Of a DNA stretch of 47,217 nt, positions 1-7,311 are shown in pieces. Source of the stretch: Gemmatimonadota bacterium (GTDB lineage: Bacteria; Gemmatimonadota; Gemmatimonadetes; Gemmatimonadales; GWC2-71-9); NCBI GenBank assembly GCA_022562295.1, contig JADFPO010000014.1, positions 1 to 47,217 of the forward strand, given 5' to 3'. Under the pieces are notes generated by a model. That model made no database searches, was not told where the DNA came from, and was given only the letters and a program-made list of their open reading frames with translations. Both the position numbers and the translations under genes were made by a program. Each line of letters opens with the position of its first letter. Positions within the stretch are counted from its first letter, which is position 1.

Positions 1-112
1 GGGCGGCCACTGGTCGCAAACCCGCCCGCGTCTACGTGTTCCGCGCGTTACATTGTCCCGACCATCATCCCGGGGTTATCAATCTGCTCTGCTTCCGGCG
101 AAGCACCACCTC

Positions 113-1258
113 ATGAACCCATCACCTGGCGGCCCCCTAACGGGGAAGGTCGCTGTCGTAGCCGGCGCGACGCGTGGAGCGGGGCGCGGGATCGCACGCG
201 GCCTCGGCGAGAAGGGTGCAACGGTGTACTGCACGGGCCGGAGCGTTCGCGGCAAGCCGGCGACCAAAGGCCGTCCCGAGACGATCGAGGAGACGGCCGA
301 ACTCGTCACCGACTGCGGCGGAGTCGGCATCCACGCGCGAGTGGATCACACCGACGAAGTTCAAGTCACCGATCTTTTTTCGCGCGTCAAAGAGGAGCAG
401 GGGCAGCTCGATATCCTCGTGAACGATGTGTGGGGTGGGGATGAGCTCACCGAGTGGGGAAAGCGGTTCTGGGAGGTGAGCATCGACAAAGGCCTGACGA
501 TGCTGGAGCGGGCGATTCACTCGCATATCATCACGAGCCGCCACGGCGCGCCTCTCATGGTCGAGCGCAACGAGGGTTTGATCGTGGAGATCACCGACGG
601 CGCCTCGGACCTCTACCGCGGAAACCTGTTCTACGATCTCGTCAAGACCACGGTGATGCGATTGGCGTACGACATGGCGCTCGAGCTTCGCCGTACCAAC
701 ATTACGGCCCTCGCCGTAACCCCCGGGTTTCTCCGGTCGGAGATGATGCTGGCGCACTTCGGAGTGACGGAAAAGAACTGGGAGGACGCCGTAGCAACGG
801 ACCGACACTTCGCCGAATCGGAAACACCGCTCTTTGTAGGACGTTGCGTGGCCGCGCTCGCGGCGGATCCCGACGTAGGGCGATTTGCCGGTGCGTCGCT
901 GGCGTCGTGGAATCTCGCCAAGGAATATGGGATTGACGATGCGGACGGTCGCCGTCCGGACTTCGGCACATATATGCGAGGACTGCTCAGCGAAGCGTTG
1001 GTGCGCGTCGCTCGGGCCGCCGGCCGGGGTTCGAAAACGGCGGGGACCGGCCATGGCGATGCGGTCGCCAAGGTGAGAAAAGCGGCCCACAAGGAATTTG
1101 GGAAGATCGGACTCGACTTCTTCCTGGATACGCCGTCGCGTGTGCTGTACGAGCACATCGCGGCGCTGGGGTCCGATCCCGATCCAGCGCGCGTAGCCGA
1201 CATCGTTGAGCAGGAGTTTACGTTCGACGCCACCCGGGCGGTGCCGCCGCTCGATTGA
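113..1258 (+). CDS. SDR-family short-chain dehydrogenase/reductase with a long C-terminal extension
   Basis: ORF 53..1258. Rossmann motif GKVAVVAGATRGAGRGIARGL and VNDVWGG. The track start at 53 is TTG. The first in-frame ATG is at 113, just before the Rossmann motif. Confidence 0.8.
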   Translation: MNPSPGGPLTGKVAVVAGATRGAGRGIARGLGEKGATVYCTGRSVRGKPATKGRPETIEETAELVTDCGGVGIHARVDHTDEVQVTDLFSRVKEEQGQLDILVNDVWGGDELTEWGKRFWEVSIDKGLTMLERAIHSHIITSRHGAPLMVERNEGLIVEITDGASDLYRGNLFYDLVKTTVMRLAYDMALELRRTNITALAVTPGFLRSEMMLAHFGVTEKNWEDAVATDRHFAESETPLFVGRCVAALAADPDVGRFAGASLASWNLAKEYGIDDADGRRPDFGTYMRGLLSEALVRVARAAGRGSKTAGTGHGDAVAKVRKAAHKEFGKIGLDFFLDTPSRVLYEHIAALGSDPDPARVADIVEQEFTFDATRAVPPLD

Positions 1259-1338
1259 ATCGGTCGGAGTCTGAGCGCAACCAGTACCCACTCGCGTGCC
1301 CTCTCACGACGCGGGCCAGCCAGCGTTACCTTGGCTTC

Positions 1339-2154
1339 ATGAGTATTTCCTTCGCCAACCTGCGATACCGCGGGCTGTCTGCCCGCACGTCGGCGCAGCT
1401 CGCTGTGGCATTGCTGTTGGGATCCGGATGCCGCGTTCAAGGGGAGGCGGGCGGGGGCCAGGTGTCAAACGAGCTTGTTGCGCAGACTCCCGCGGAGGAG
1501 CTGCTGACCCGGGCGATCGCCTTCCACGATCCGGCCGGCCGGTGGGCAAGCCACATCTTCCAGCTCGAGTGGTACGGAACGGGATCCGACGGATCGGAGC
1601 GAGTGTCAGTCGACCTCACACTGCATCCCGATGGGCAGCAGTTCAAGCTCAGTGGACGCTACCAGGGATCGACCCTGGAGTACGAGGCCGATGCTGAGCA
1701 GTGGACCGCGTCGGTCGACGGGGTCAGCGACCCTGCGCAGGAAGTTCGTGAAAAGATGCGGCTCCACCGTGAGGATGGGTGGTTCTGGCGCAGTTACTAC
1801 GGGTTCCTCGTCGGAATGCCGATGAAGCTGCGAGATCCGGGCACGCAGATCGATCCCGATCCCATACCAACGACCTTCGAAGGGCACGATGTCCTCGCCC
1901 TTCGCGTTACGTACGATCAGGAGGTCGGGACGGACACGTGGTACTTTTACTTGGACCCGGACACCGCCCGGCTCGTCGGGTGCCGGTTCTATCACGACGA
2001 AGAGGCGAACGACGGGGAGTACATCGTGTTGGAGGGTTTGATCGAGTCCGACGGCGTCAAGCTTCCCCGGCACCGTCGTTGGTATGTCAACGCAGACGGT
2101 CGTTTCCTCGGTGCGGACGAGATCAGGGGGTTGGAGCTGTTAGCTGTTAGCTAA
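1339..2154 (+). CDS. hypothetical secreted protein
   Basis: ORF 1255..2154. ATG 1339 gives a signal-peptide-like N-terminus (MSISFANLRYRGLSARTSAQLAVALLLGSGC). No family recognised with confidence. The last codons (LLAVS-stop) are encoded by GCTGTTA heptads. Confidence 0.6.
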   Translation: MSISFANLRYRGLSARTSAQLAVALLLGSGCRVQGEAGGGQVSNELVAQTPAEELLTRAIAFHDPAGRWASHIFQLEWYGTGSDGSERVSVDLTLHPDGQQFKLSGRYQGSTLEYEADAEQWTASVDGVSDPAQEVREKMRLHREDGWFWRSYYGFLVGMPMKLRDPGTQIDPDPIPTTFEGHDVLALRVTYDQEVGTDTWYFYLDPDTARLVGCRFYHDEEANDGEYIVLEGLIESDGVKLPRHRRWYVNADGRFLGADEIRGLELLAVS

Positions 2155-2156
2155 CC
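2136..2156 (+). repeat. heptad tandem repeat GCTGTTA GCTGTTA GCTAACC containing the stop codon of 1339..2154
   Basis: Read directly: gctgtta(2136-2142) gctgtta(2143-2149) gctaacc(2150-2156). TAA at 2152-2154. Confidence 0.9.
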
Positions 2157-2171
2157 ATTATTAGTGGTTAG
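2151..2171. terminator. hairpin CTAACCA-ttattag-TGGTTAG between convergent genes
   Basis: 7-bp perfect stem 2151-2157 / 2165-2171 with a 7-nt AT-rich loop, between the convergent stops at 2154 and 2207. No clear U-tract. Confidence 0.45.
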
Positions 2172-2183
2172 GTTACGCTCGTA

Positions 2184-2218
2184 GCTCACGACTCACCACT
2201 CACGACTCACCACTCACG
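2184..2218 (-). repeat. five phased heptads (minus-strand sense GTGAGTN) spanning the stop codon of 2207..2776
   Basis: Plus strand reads gctcacg actcacc actcacg actcacc actcacg. The minus-strand CDS ends ...CGT GAG TGG TGA inside the tract. Confidence 0.9.
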
Positions 2219-2776
2219 GTATATCCCCAGCTGCGTCGTTCCGGAGTCCCCCGCACGTACCTCCGGTATCCAGTCGGAGATGTCGTCCCACTGTTCCACC
2301 CGCACCAACATCCCGATGAGTCCTCCCAACACGAGTCCGGCCACGGCGCCTATGCGCAGTCCTCGTCGGGTAGACTGTTCCTCGGTGAGTCGGTTGACCC
2401 GTGTGTCGCGGACCCACCCGGCGGTTGCCCCGATCGGAATACCCGCGAGGAAACCGACAACCATGCCGGTAACGGGCTTGGCTTTGGTCCCACGGCTGAC
2501 GTGCAACCGCGTCATCCACGCCCACGGCAGCTCGAAGGTCGATTCGGGAGACCGGATGCTCGTCAGCACCAGATTGTCGGGCGTCGTTTCGACGACTCGG
2601 CCAAGCACCCAGTTGGGTCCACGATTGGCGCGGGGACGAGCCGCGCGAACCAAATCCCCGCTCGCCACAAAACCGAGATCCTGAGTCGCAGCGGGGGAGG
2701 GCAGCGCCAACCCGGCTGTGGCCAATATCAGCAGGCCGAAAGCCGCCCGACCGTGAGTCGTAAAAGTCGATCGCAT
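2207..2776 (-). CDS. hypothetical exported/membrane protein with glycine-zipper C-terminal segments
   Basis: ORF 2207..2824 (the track start at 2824 is GTG and lies inside the IS inverted repeat). ATG at 2776 gives a signal-like MRSTFTTHGRAAFGLLILATAGLALPSPAA. Gly-rich hydrophobic stretches GMVVGFLAGIPIGATAG and GAVAGLVLGGLIGMLV. Confidence 0.6.
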   Translation of the reverse strand: MRSTFTTHGRAAFGLLILATAGLALPSPAATQDLGFVASGDLVRAARPRANRGPNWVLGRVVETTPDNLVLTSIRSPESTFELPWAWMTRLHVSRGTKAKPVTGMVVGFLAGIPIGATAGWVRDTRVNRLTEEQSTRRGLRIGAVAGLVLGGLIGMLVRVEQWDDISDWIPEVRAGDSGTTQLGIYREW

Positions 2777-2809
2777 CGTTGGGTGCCGTCTCAAACTGCC
2801 CAGTAAGCC

Positions 2810-2852
2810 CGACTCACCACTCACTGGAGAAGTGCCACAGGATCAGCGTCAC
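2810..2852. repeat. left terminal inverted repeat of the IS
   Basis: cgactcaccactcactggagaagtgccacaggatcagcgtcac. The outer 15 nt are GTGAGT-type heptads on the minus strand. Confidence 0.8.
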
Positions 2853-2898
2853 CCAGGTGCCATAGGATGAGCGTCGGAGTGCCACAGGATCAGCGTCA
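2832..2898 (+). repeat. three direct subterminal copies of GTGCCAYAGGATSAGCGTC inside the left IS end
   Basis: Copies at 2832-2851, 2857-2875 and 2879-2898 (spacing 25 and 22 nt). One inverted copy lies in the right end (4183-4202). Candidate transposase-binding sites. Confidence 0.75.
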
Positions 2899-2972
2899 GT
2901 ATTGTATAAGAAAACATGTGTTTGGGGGTTCAGGATGGCTAAAAAAGTCGGGTTGAGCAGCGTCGCCGAGCG

Positions 2973-4124
2973 ATGGTGGCTGCGGTGCGGCGTGGCGCGT
3001 CGATGCGAGCGGTAGCGCAGCGGTTCCATGTGCATTTGCGGACCGTGCAACGGTGGGTTCACCGGGCCAACGGCCGGCGGTTGGATCGGGTCGAATGGAG
3101 CGATCGGTCTCGCCTGGCACACACGATTCATCGCACGGATGCGACCGTAGAAGATGTGGTGCTGTCGCTCCGCCGCGAGCTGCGTGAAATCAGCGATCTG
3201 GGGGAGTATGGCGCCGTAGCGATCCATCGCGAGATGCTCACCCGCCACGATCACCGCGTCCCCGCGGTGCGGACCATCGGACGCATCCTGAGTCGGCGGG
3301 GAGCCCTAGACAGTCGCCGTCGCGTGCGTCGCCCACCACCGCCTCGAGGCTGGTATCTACCCGAGGTGGCTGCGAGCCGCGCGGAGCTAGACAGCTTTGA
3401 CATCATCGAAGGTCTGGTGATCAAGGGTGGCACCGAGGTCGAAGTGCTCAACGGCATCTCGCTGCACGGCGGGTTGGTCGCGTCGTGGCCCGGTCCACCC
3501 GTCCGCGCCACCACTATCGTCGAGGCCCTGGTCGCGCACTGGCGGCAGTTCGGGCTGCCAGCCTATGCACAGTTCGACAACGACACCCGATTCCAGGGCG
3601 CGCATCAGTTCCCTGACACCGTCGGTCGCGTCACGCGTCTGTGTTTGAGTTTGGGGGTCGTCCCGGTGTTCACGCCGCCCCGCGACATCGGGTTCCAGGG
3701 GGCGGTCGAAAGCTACAATGGACGATGGCAGGCCAAGGTGTGGGCCCGTTTCCATCATCCCACCCGGGCAGCCCTGCGGCAGCGTTCGGATCGCTACGTG
3801 GCGGCGGTCCGGCAGCGGGCAGTACTGCGCCTCGAGGCCGCCCCACCACGACGACCGTTTCCCGACGAGTGGGAGCTGGACTTGCAAGCCCGTCCGCGCG
3901 GTCGTCTGGTGTTCTTGCGGCGCTTGAGCGAGCAGGGAACGGCCGAGCTGCTGGGTCATACCTGGCGGGTTGATCCACGCTGGCCCCATCGCCTGGTGCG
4001 TGCCGAGGTCGATTTCGACGCCAACCGGATCCGCTTCTACGCGCTGCGGCGGCGCGAACCAGGGTCGCAACCTCTGTTGCAGACCGTTCCCTATCGGTTT
4101 CCTCGTCATGGCTTTCAGGAATGA
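2973..4124 (+). CDS. DDE transposase / integrase-core (rve) protein with N-terminal HTH
   Basis: HTH-like GASMRAVAQRFHVHLRTVQRWV. Core with FDIIEGL..., AQFDNDTRFQG and GAVESYNGRW (D, D, E candidates). Confidence 0.8.
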   Translation: MVAAVRRGASMRAVAQRFHVHLRTVQRWVHRANGRRLDRVEWSDRSRLAHTIHRTDATVEDVVLSLRRELREISDLGEYGAVAIHREMLTRHDHRVPAVRTIGRILSRRGALDSRRRVRRPPPPRGWYLPEVAASRAELDSFDIIEGLVIKGGTEVEVLNGISLHGGLVASWPGPPVRATTIVEALVAHWRQFGLPAYAQFDNDTRFQGAHQFPDTVGRVTRLCLSLGVVPVFTPPRDIGFQGAVESYNGRWQAKVWARFHHPTRAALRQRSDRYVAAVRQRAVLRLEAAPPRRPFPDEWELDLQARPRGRLVFLRRLSEQGTAELLGHTWRVDPRWPHRLVRAEVDFDANRIRFYALRRREPGSQPLLQTVPYRFPRHGFQE

Positions 4125-4182
4125 TCGCCAACTCTCATATGTCACATGCGTACACACTACCTGTCACTGAAACACGTCTCAA

Positions 4183-4225
4183 GTGACGCTCATCCTCTGA
4201 CACTTGTCCAGTGAGTCGTGAGTCG
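4183..4225. repeat. right terminal inverted repeat of the IS
   Basis: gtgacgctcatcctctgacacttgtccagtgagtcgtgagtcg. Its reverse complement aligns to 2810-2852. Confidence 0.8.
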
Positions 4226-4266
4226 AACATCGGCAGGTCGCACTCGGACCCCCCATCCTCCATAGC

Positions 4267-4294
4267 CTACTCACGACGACCTACTCACTACTTA
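4267..4294 (-). repeat. heptad tract (minus sense GTAAGTA GTGAGTA GGTCGTC GTGAGTA) directly after the recombinase stop codon
   Basis: Plus strand reads ctactca cgacgac ctactca ctactta. The recombinase stop TGA is at 4301-4303 on the minus strand. Confidence 0.8.
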
Positions 4295-4300
4295 CGGTCG

Positions 4301-5218
4301 TCATGCCCGCGGATGGAACGACTTGTGGGCCGATCGCAGATACTCGCGATCCACATGCGTATAGATCTGCGTCGTCGAAAGATCGGCATGGCCGAGCATT
4401 TCTTGCACGGCTCTGAGGTCGGCTCCCCCCTCGAGCATGTGGGTCGCAAAGCTGTGGCGTAGCGTGTGTGGCGTCACCTTCTTGCTGATCCCCGCGCGCT
4501 CCGCGCATTGCTTGACGATCTCCCACGCTCCCCCCCGCGTCAGCGGTCTCCCCCGCGCGTTGAGGACGAAGCGGCCGTCGGTGTTTCCCTTGTCAAGCGT
4601 GGGACGCTTTTCCCGAATGTACAGGGCAGCGGCGGCAATCGCCCGCCGACCCAGCGGAACCAGTCGCTGCTTGTCACCCTTGCCGATCACACGCACGAGG
4701 CCGTCTTCGAGCCACATATCGGGTAGCGTTAGCCCCACGAGTTCGGAAACCCGAACACCGGTCGCATATGCCACCTCGAGCATGGCGCGGTCGCGCCAAC
4801 CGAGCGTGTCGTTGGGATGATGGGCGTCAATCAAAGATTCGATTTCACGCACCGTCAACACATCGGGTAGTGTGCGCCATCCCTTCGGAATCTTGATTTC
4901 CGCACTGACATCAATCTCGGTATGGCCCTCTCCCACCAGAAATCGATAGTAGGTCCGCAGTGCCGATATCTGACGGCGAATGCTCGCAGGCGACAGGCCC
5001 AAGTCCTTCAGGTGATAGATGAATTCGCGAATCTGCGGCGCCGTGATGGTGTCGGGACCCGGGATTTTTCTCGACCACGCGAACTGAGCGAAGCGGCGAA
5101 CATCTCGCGCATAGCTTTCCACCGTGTGCGGACTACTCCCCACCTCGATACTGAGATAGTCGAGGAATCCTTCAAGCCAAAAGGCGTGCGCGATCTCAGC
5201 GTTCGTCGAGCCCGTCAT
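4301..5218 (-). CDS. site-specific tyrosine recombinase, XerC/XerD family
   Basis: C-terminal catalytic region HTLRHSFATHMLEGGADLRAVQEMLGHADLSTTQIYTHV (R-H-R-Y signature) and an N-terminal SAM-like domain. I cannot separate XerC from XerD by eye. Confidence 0.85.
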   Translation of the reverse strand: MTGSTNAEIAHAFWLEGFLDYLSIEVGSSPHTVESYARDVRRFAQFAWSRKIPGPDTITAPQIREFIYHLKDLGLSPASIRRQISALRTYYRFLVGEGHTEIDVSAEIKIPKGWRTLPDVLTVREIESLIDAHHPNDTLGWRDRAMLEVAYATGVRVSELVGLTLPDMWLEDGLVRVIGKGDKQRLVPLGRRAIAAAALYIREKRPTLDKGNTDGRFVLNARGRPLTRGGAWEIVKQCAERAGISKKVTPHTLRHSFATHMLEGGADLRAVQEMLGHADLSTTQIYTHVDREYLRSAHKSFHPRA

Positions 5219-5867
5219 CCTCCACCATCGACTTCCGCCGGCGTCTCCACCACCATGTGGCTAGGCCCACCACGGCGGCGCTCACCGCGATGGCCGCGCC
5301 CACCCGATTGATCCCGCTGATCAAGTCGACAATTTGCTGCAGTTCCCGGATGGCGGTGGCCGCGAGATACGTGAGGGCGCCGTACCACAAACCGGACGCA
5401 ACGACGATCGGCACGATCGTACGGAACGCGCCCAAACCGGCAATCCCGGCGAACGGGGGTACGACGGCTCGCAGTCCCGGTACGAAACGGCTCAGCAGGA
5501 TACCCCAGGTGCCGTACTTCTCGTAGGCCGACTCCAACCGCGCCATCGCCCGCGGCTGGAGCAACCTTTTTCCGAGTCGCCCGCGGAAGAACGGTCGCCC
5601 AATCGTCCGTCCCGCAATGTATACGCCGGTCGCGCTCACCGAGTTCGCGGTCCATGTGATACCGAATACCATCCACACCGAGATCCGCCCGGCGGTCGAC
5701 AAGAAGGCCCCCACGGCGACGGCCGTGTCGGCCGGCACTAGAGGAAAGATGTTTTCGACCGCGGCAAGAATACCTATCACGGTGTATACCGCACCCGGTG
5801 GCAGGGCCACCAGTGCGTCGATGACGTCGCGGAGGAGATCAGGCACCGCCGAGGGACACGACCGCAA
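5196..5867 (-). CDS. DedA-family (VTT domain) membrane protein
   Basis: ILAAVENIFPLVPADTAVAVGAFL motif and multiple TM segments. The start is ambiguous (TTG at 5867 or GTG at 5846). Confidence 0.75.
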   Translation of the reverse strand: MRSCPSAVPDLLRDVIDALVALPPGAVYTVIGILAAVENIFPLVPADTAVAVGAFLSTAGRISVWMVFGITWTANSVSATGVYIAGRTIGRPFFRGRLGKRLLQPRAMARLESAYEKYGTWGILLSRFVPGLRAVVPPFAGIAGLGAFRTIVPIVVASGLWYGALTYLAATAIRELQQIVDLISGINRVGAAIAVSAAVVGLATWWWRRRRKSMVEDDGLDER

Positions 5868-6318
5868 AAACCACTAGGCCCTCGCCGCGGCCCACCGCGT
5901 CCATCTTCTCGTTGGTCTTGGCCTTGACCGAAACGGCGTCGACTGGGATGTCGAGGGCTTGTGCGAGTTCCTCGCGTATCGCCCGCGCGTGCGGGGCTAT
6001 CTTCGGTTCTTCAGTGACAATCGTGATGTCGATGTTGAAGATGTGATAGCTCGCTGCCACGATCCGACGACGCGCCTCGCCCAGCATGCGCATCGAATCG
6101 GCATCCTTCCACTGGGGATCGGTATCGGGAAACAGCTGGCCGATGTCTCCCATGGCAGCGGCTCCCAATAGGGCGTCGATCAAAGCGTGGACAACGGCGT
6201 CGCCATCGGAGTGGCCGGTGAGGCCACTCGGGTGCTCGATGATGACGCCGCCGAGTTTAAGCGGCCGGTCGGCACCGAACGAGTGGCTGTCGTAACCAAA
6301 GCCAAAGCGTTGTCGCAT
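5839..6318 (-). CDS. ispF: 2-C-methyl-D-erythritol 2,4-cyclodiphosphate synthase
   Basis: FGYDSHSF ... GHSDGDAVVHALIDALLGA ... typical IspF motifs, 159 aa. Confidence 0.9.
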   Translation of the reverse strand: MRQRFGFGYDSHSFGADRPLKLGGVIIEHPSGLTGHSDGDAVVHALIDALLGAAAMGDIGQLFPDTDPQWKDADSMRMLGEARRRIVAASYHIFNIDITIVTEEPKIAPHARAIREELAQALDIPVDAVSVKAKTNEKMDAVGRGEGLVVFAVVSLGGA

Positions 6319-6429
6319 GGCGATGATGTTAAGGGAGGAAGTGTCGTGTGGGAAGTAGGGAGCGGCATACTGTTGTGGTCGGTCTCTTCACCTTCTTACA
6401 TCCCAGGCCTCACTCCCGTATTGTGTAGC

Positions 6430-7248
6430 ATGCCGCAGACCTATCTACTCATATCCAATCCTCCACACGGTGAAGCCGACGCCAAGCTCATCGCGCAAGA
6501 GTTCGGATTCACATCTGCCGAAGCGCTCATGCGGATTCACTTTCCCGCACCTCAGGTTTGGTTCGCCGGCGAGGACCTCGACGACATCAAGCGAACCGGG
6601 GCGGCGTTGCAGGACGCCGGCGCCAGGGTCCGGATCATCAACGGTTCGCTCCTCTCTCTCATCCCAGCGCCGGACAATTTGCAGGCGTTCTCATTCGACG
6701 AAACTCGCCTCGCCATGAAGACCAATTCTGGAACTGATTTGGACATCCCGTACCATGCCCGGGTTATCCTGGTATCCTCCCAGCTAAAGGGCGAATCTCA
6801 GAGTCCCGAATCGCAGATGGGTAGCTCCTCTTCCCACGATATGCGAGAAAAGTTGGGGGCCGCGGTACCGATGACCGTCACGAGCCAGGGTGATTCGTTG
6901 GCGGCAGATCTCGAAGAGGCGACCGACGATGAGATATTGGACGCGTACTTCATCAGCGAGTCGCGTGTGCAGCGCGCCACACTGCTTTCAGACGGCGTGG
7001 ACTATACGGGGTTGGAATCCGACGCGACGTCGTCCGAAGAAGAGAATCGTGCGGCACTCATCGCGCGATTCACGGACCGGTTTCGGACGACCGATCTGGA
7101 CGAACGACTCAAAGGGGCCCCGGCGCCGAAACCGTATCTCGTCGGCGGAAAGGGTATGCCGGCGATTCTAGGGGCCATCGATCCCGGACTCCAGGACATG
7201 GCGACGGTCGATCTCCTGTCGAGGCTGGCCCTGCTCTCCCGCCTCTAG
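6430..7248 (+). CDS. hypothetical protein with an acidic, Ser-rich middle, directly upstream of the Ser/Thr kinase
   Basis: ORF 6187..7248 overlaps ispF antisense at its 5' end. The ATG at 6430 (MPQTYLLISNPPHG) is the first start clear of ispF. No family recognised. Locally lower GC by eye. Confidence 0.5.
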   Translation: MPQTYLLISNPPHGEADAKLIAQEFGFTSAEALMRIHFPAPQVWFAGEDLDDIKRTGAALQDAGARVRIINGSLLSLIPAPDNLQAFSFDETRLAMKTNSGTDLDIPYHARVILVSSQLKGESQSPESQMGSSSSHDMREKLGAAVPMTVTSQGDSLAADLEEATDDEILDAYFISESRVQRATLLSDGVDYTGLESDATSSEEENRAALIARFTDRFRTTDLDERLKGAPAPKPYLVGGKGMPAILGAIDPGLQDMATVDLLSRLALLSRL

Positions 7249-7311
7249 TCAACAAGGCCCTCACAATGGCCCATTCTTGCAATTGAGCCAGGTTGCGCAC
7301 ATCCTGATGTC

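Larger units (their letters stand above)
2810..4225 (+). mobile_element. 1416-bp insertion sequence with 43-bp terminal inverted repeats and one DDE (rve-type) transposase gene. IS481-like, family tentative.
   Basis: 2810-2852 versus the reverse complement of 4183-4225 match at 38 of 43 positions (aligned by hand). They enclose a single HTH plus integrase-core ORF. No target-site duplication recognised. Confidence 0.75.

Noticed and set aside
137-1291. Long antisense or out-of-frame ORFs in the track: 137..1291, 7336..8502, 13379..14305, 14679..15581, 15523..16380, 22562..23647, 28068..28925, 29015..29887, 30288..31433, 32225..33322, 35830..36603, 36983..38041, 37197..38051, 40400..41119, 41116..41850
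   Set aside because: Each one overlaps a gene with clear family motifs on the other strand or frame. They have Arg/Pro/Gly/Ala-rich compositions typical of spurious open frames in high-GC DNA. None shows recognisable motifs.
2184-2218. GTGAGT units as group II intron 5' ends or splice-like signals
   Set aside because: The resemblance is limited to the hexamer. No intron-encoded protein and no domain V/VI-like structure is present. The motif is tandemly iterated rather than single.
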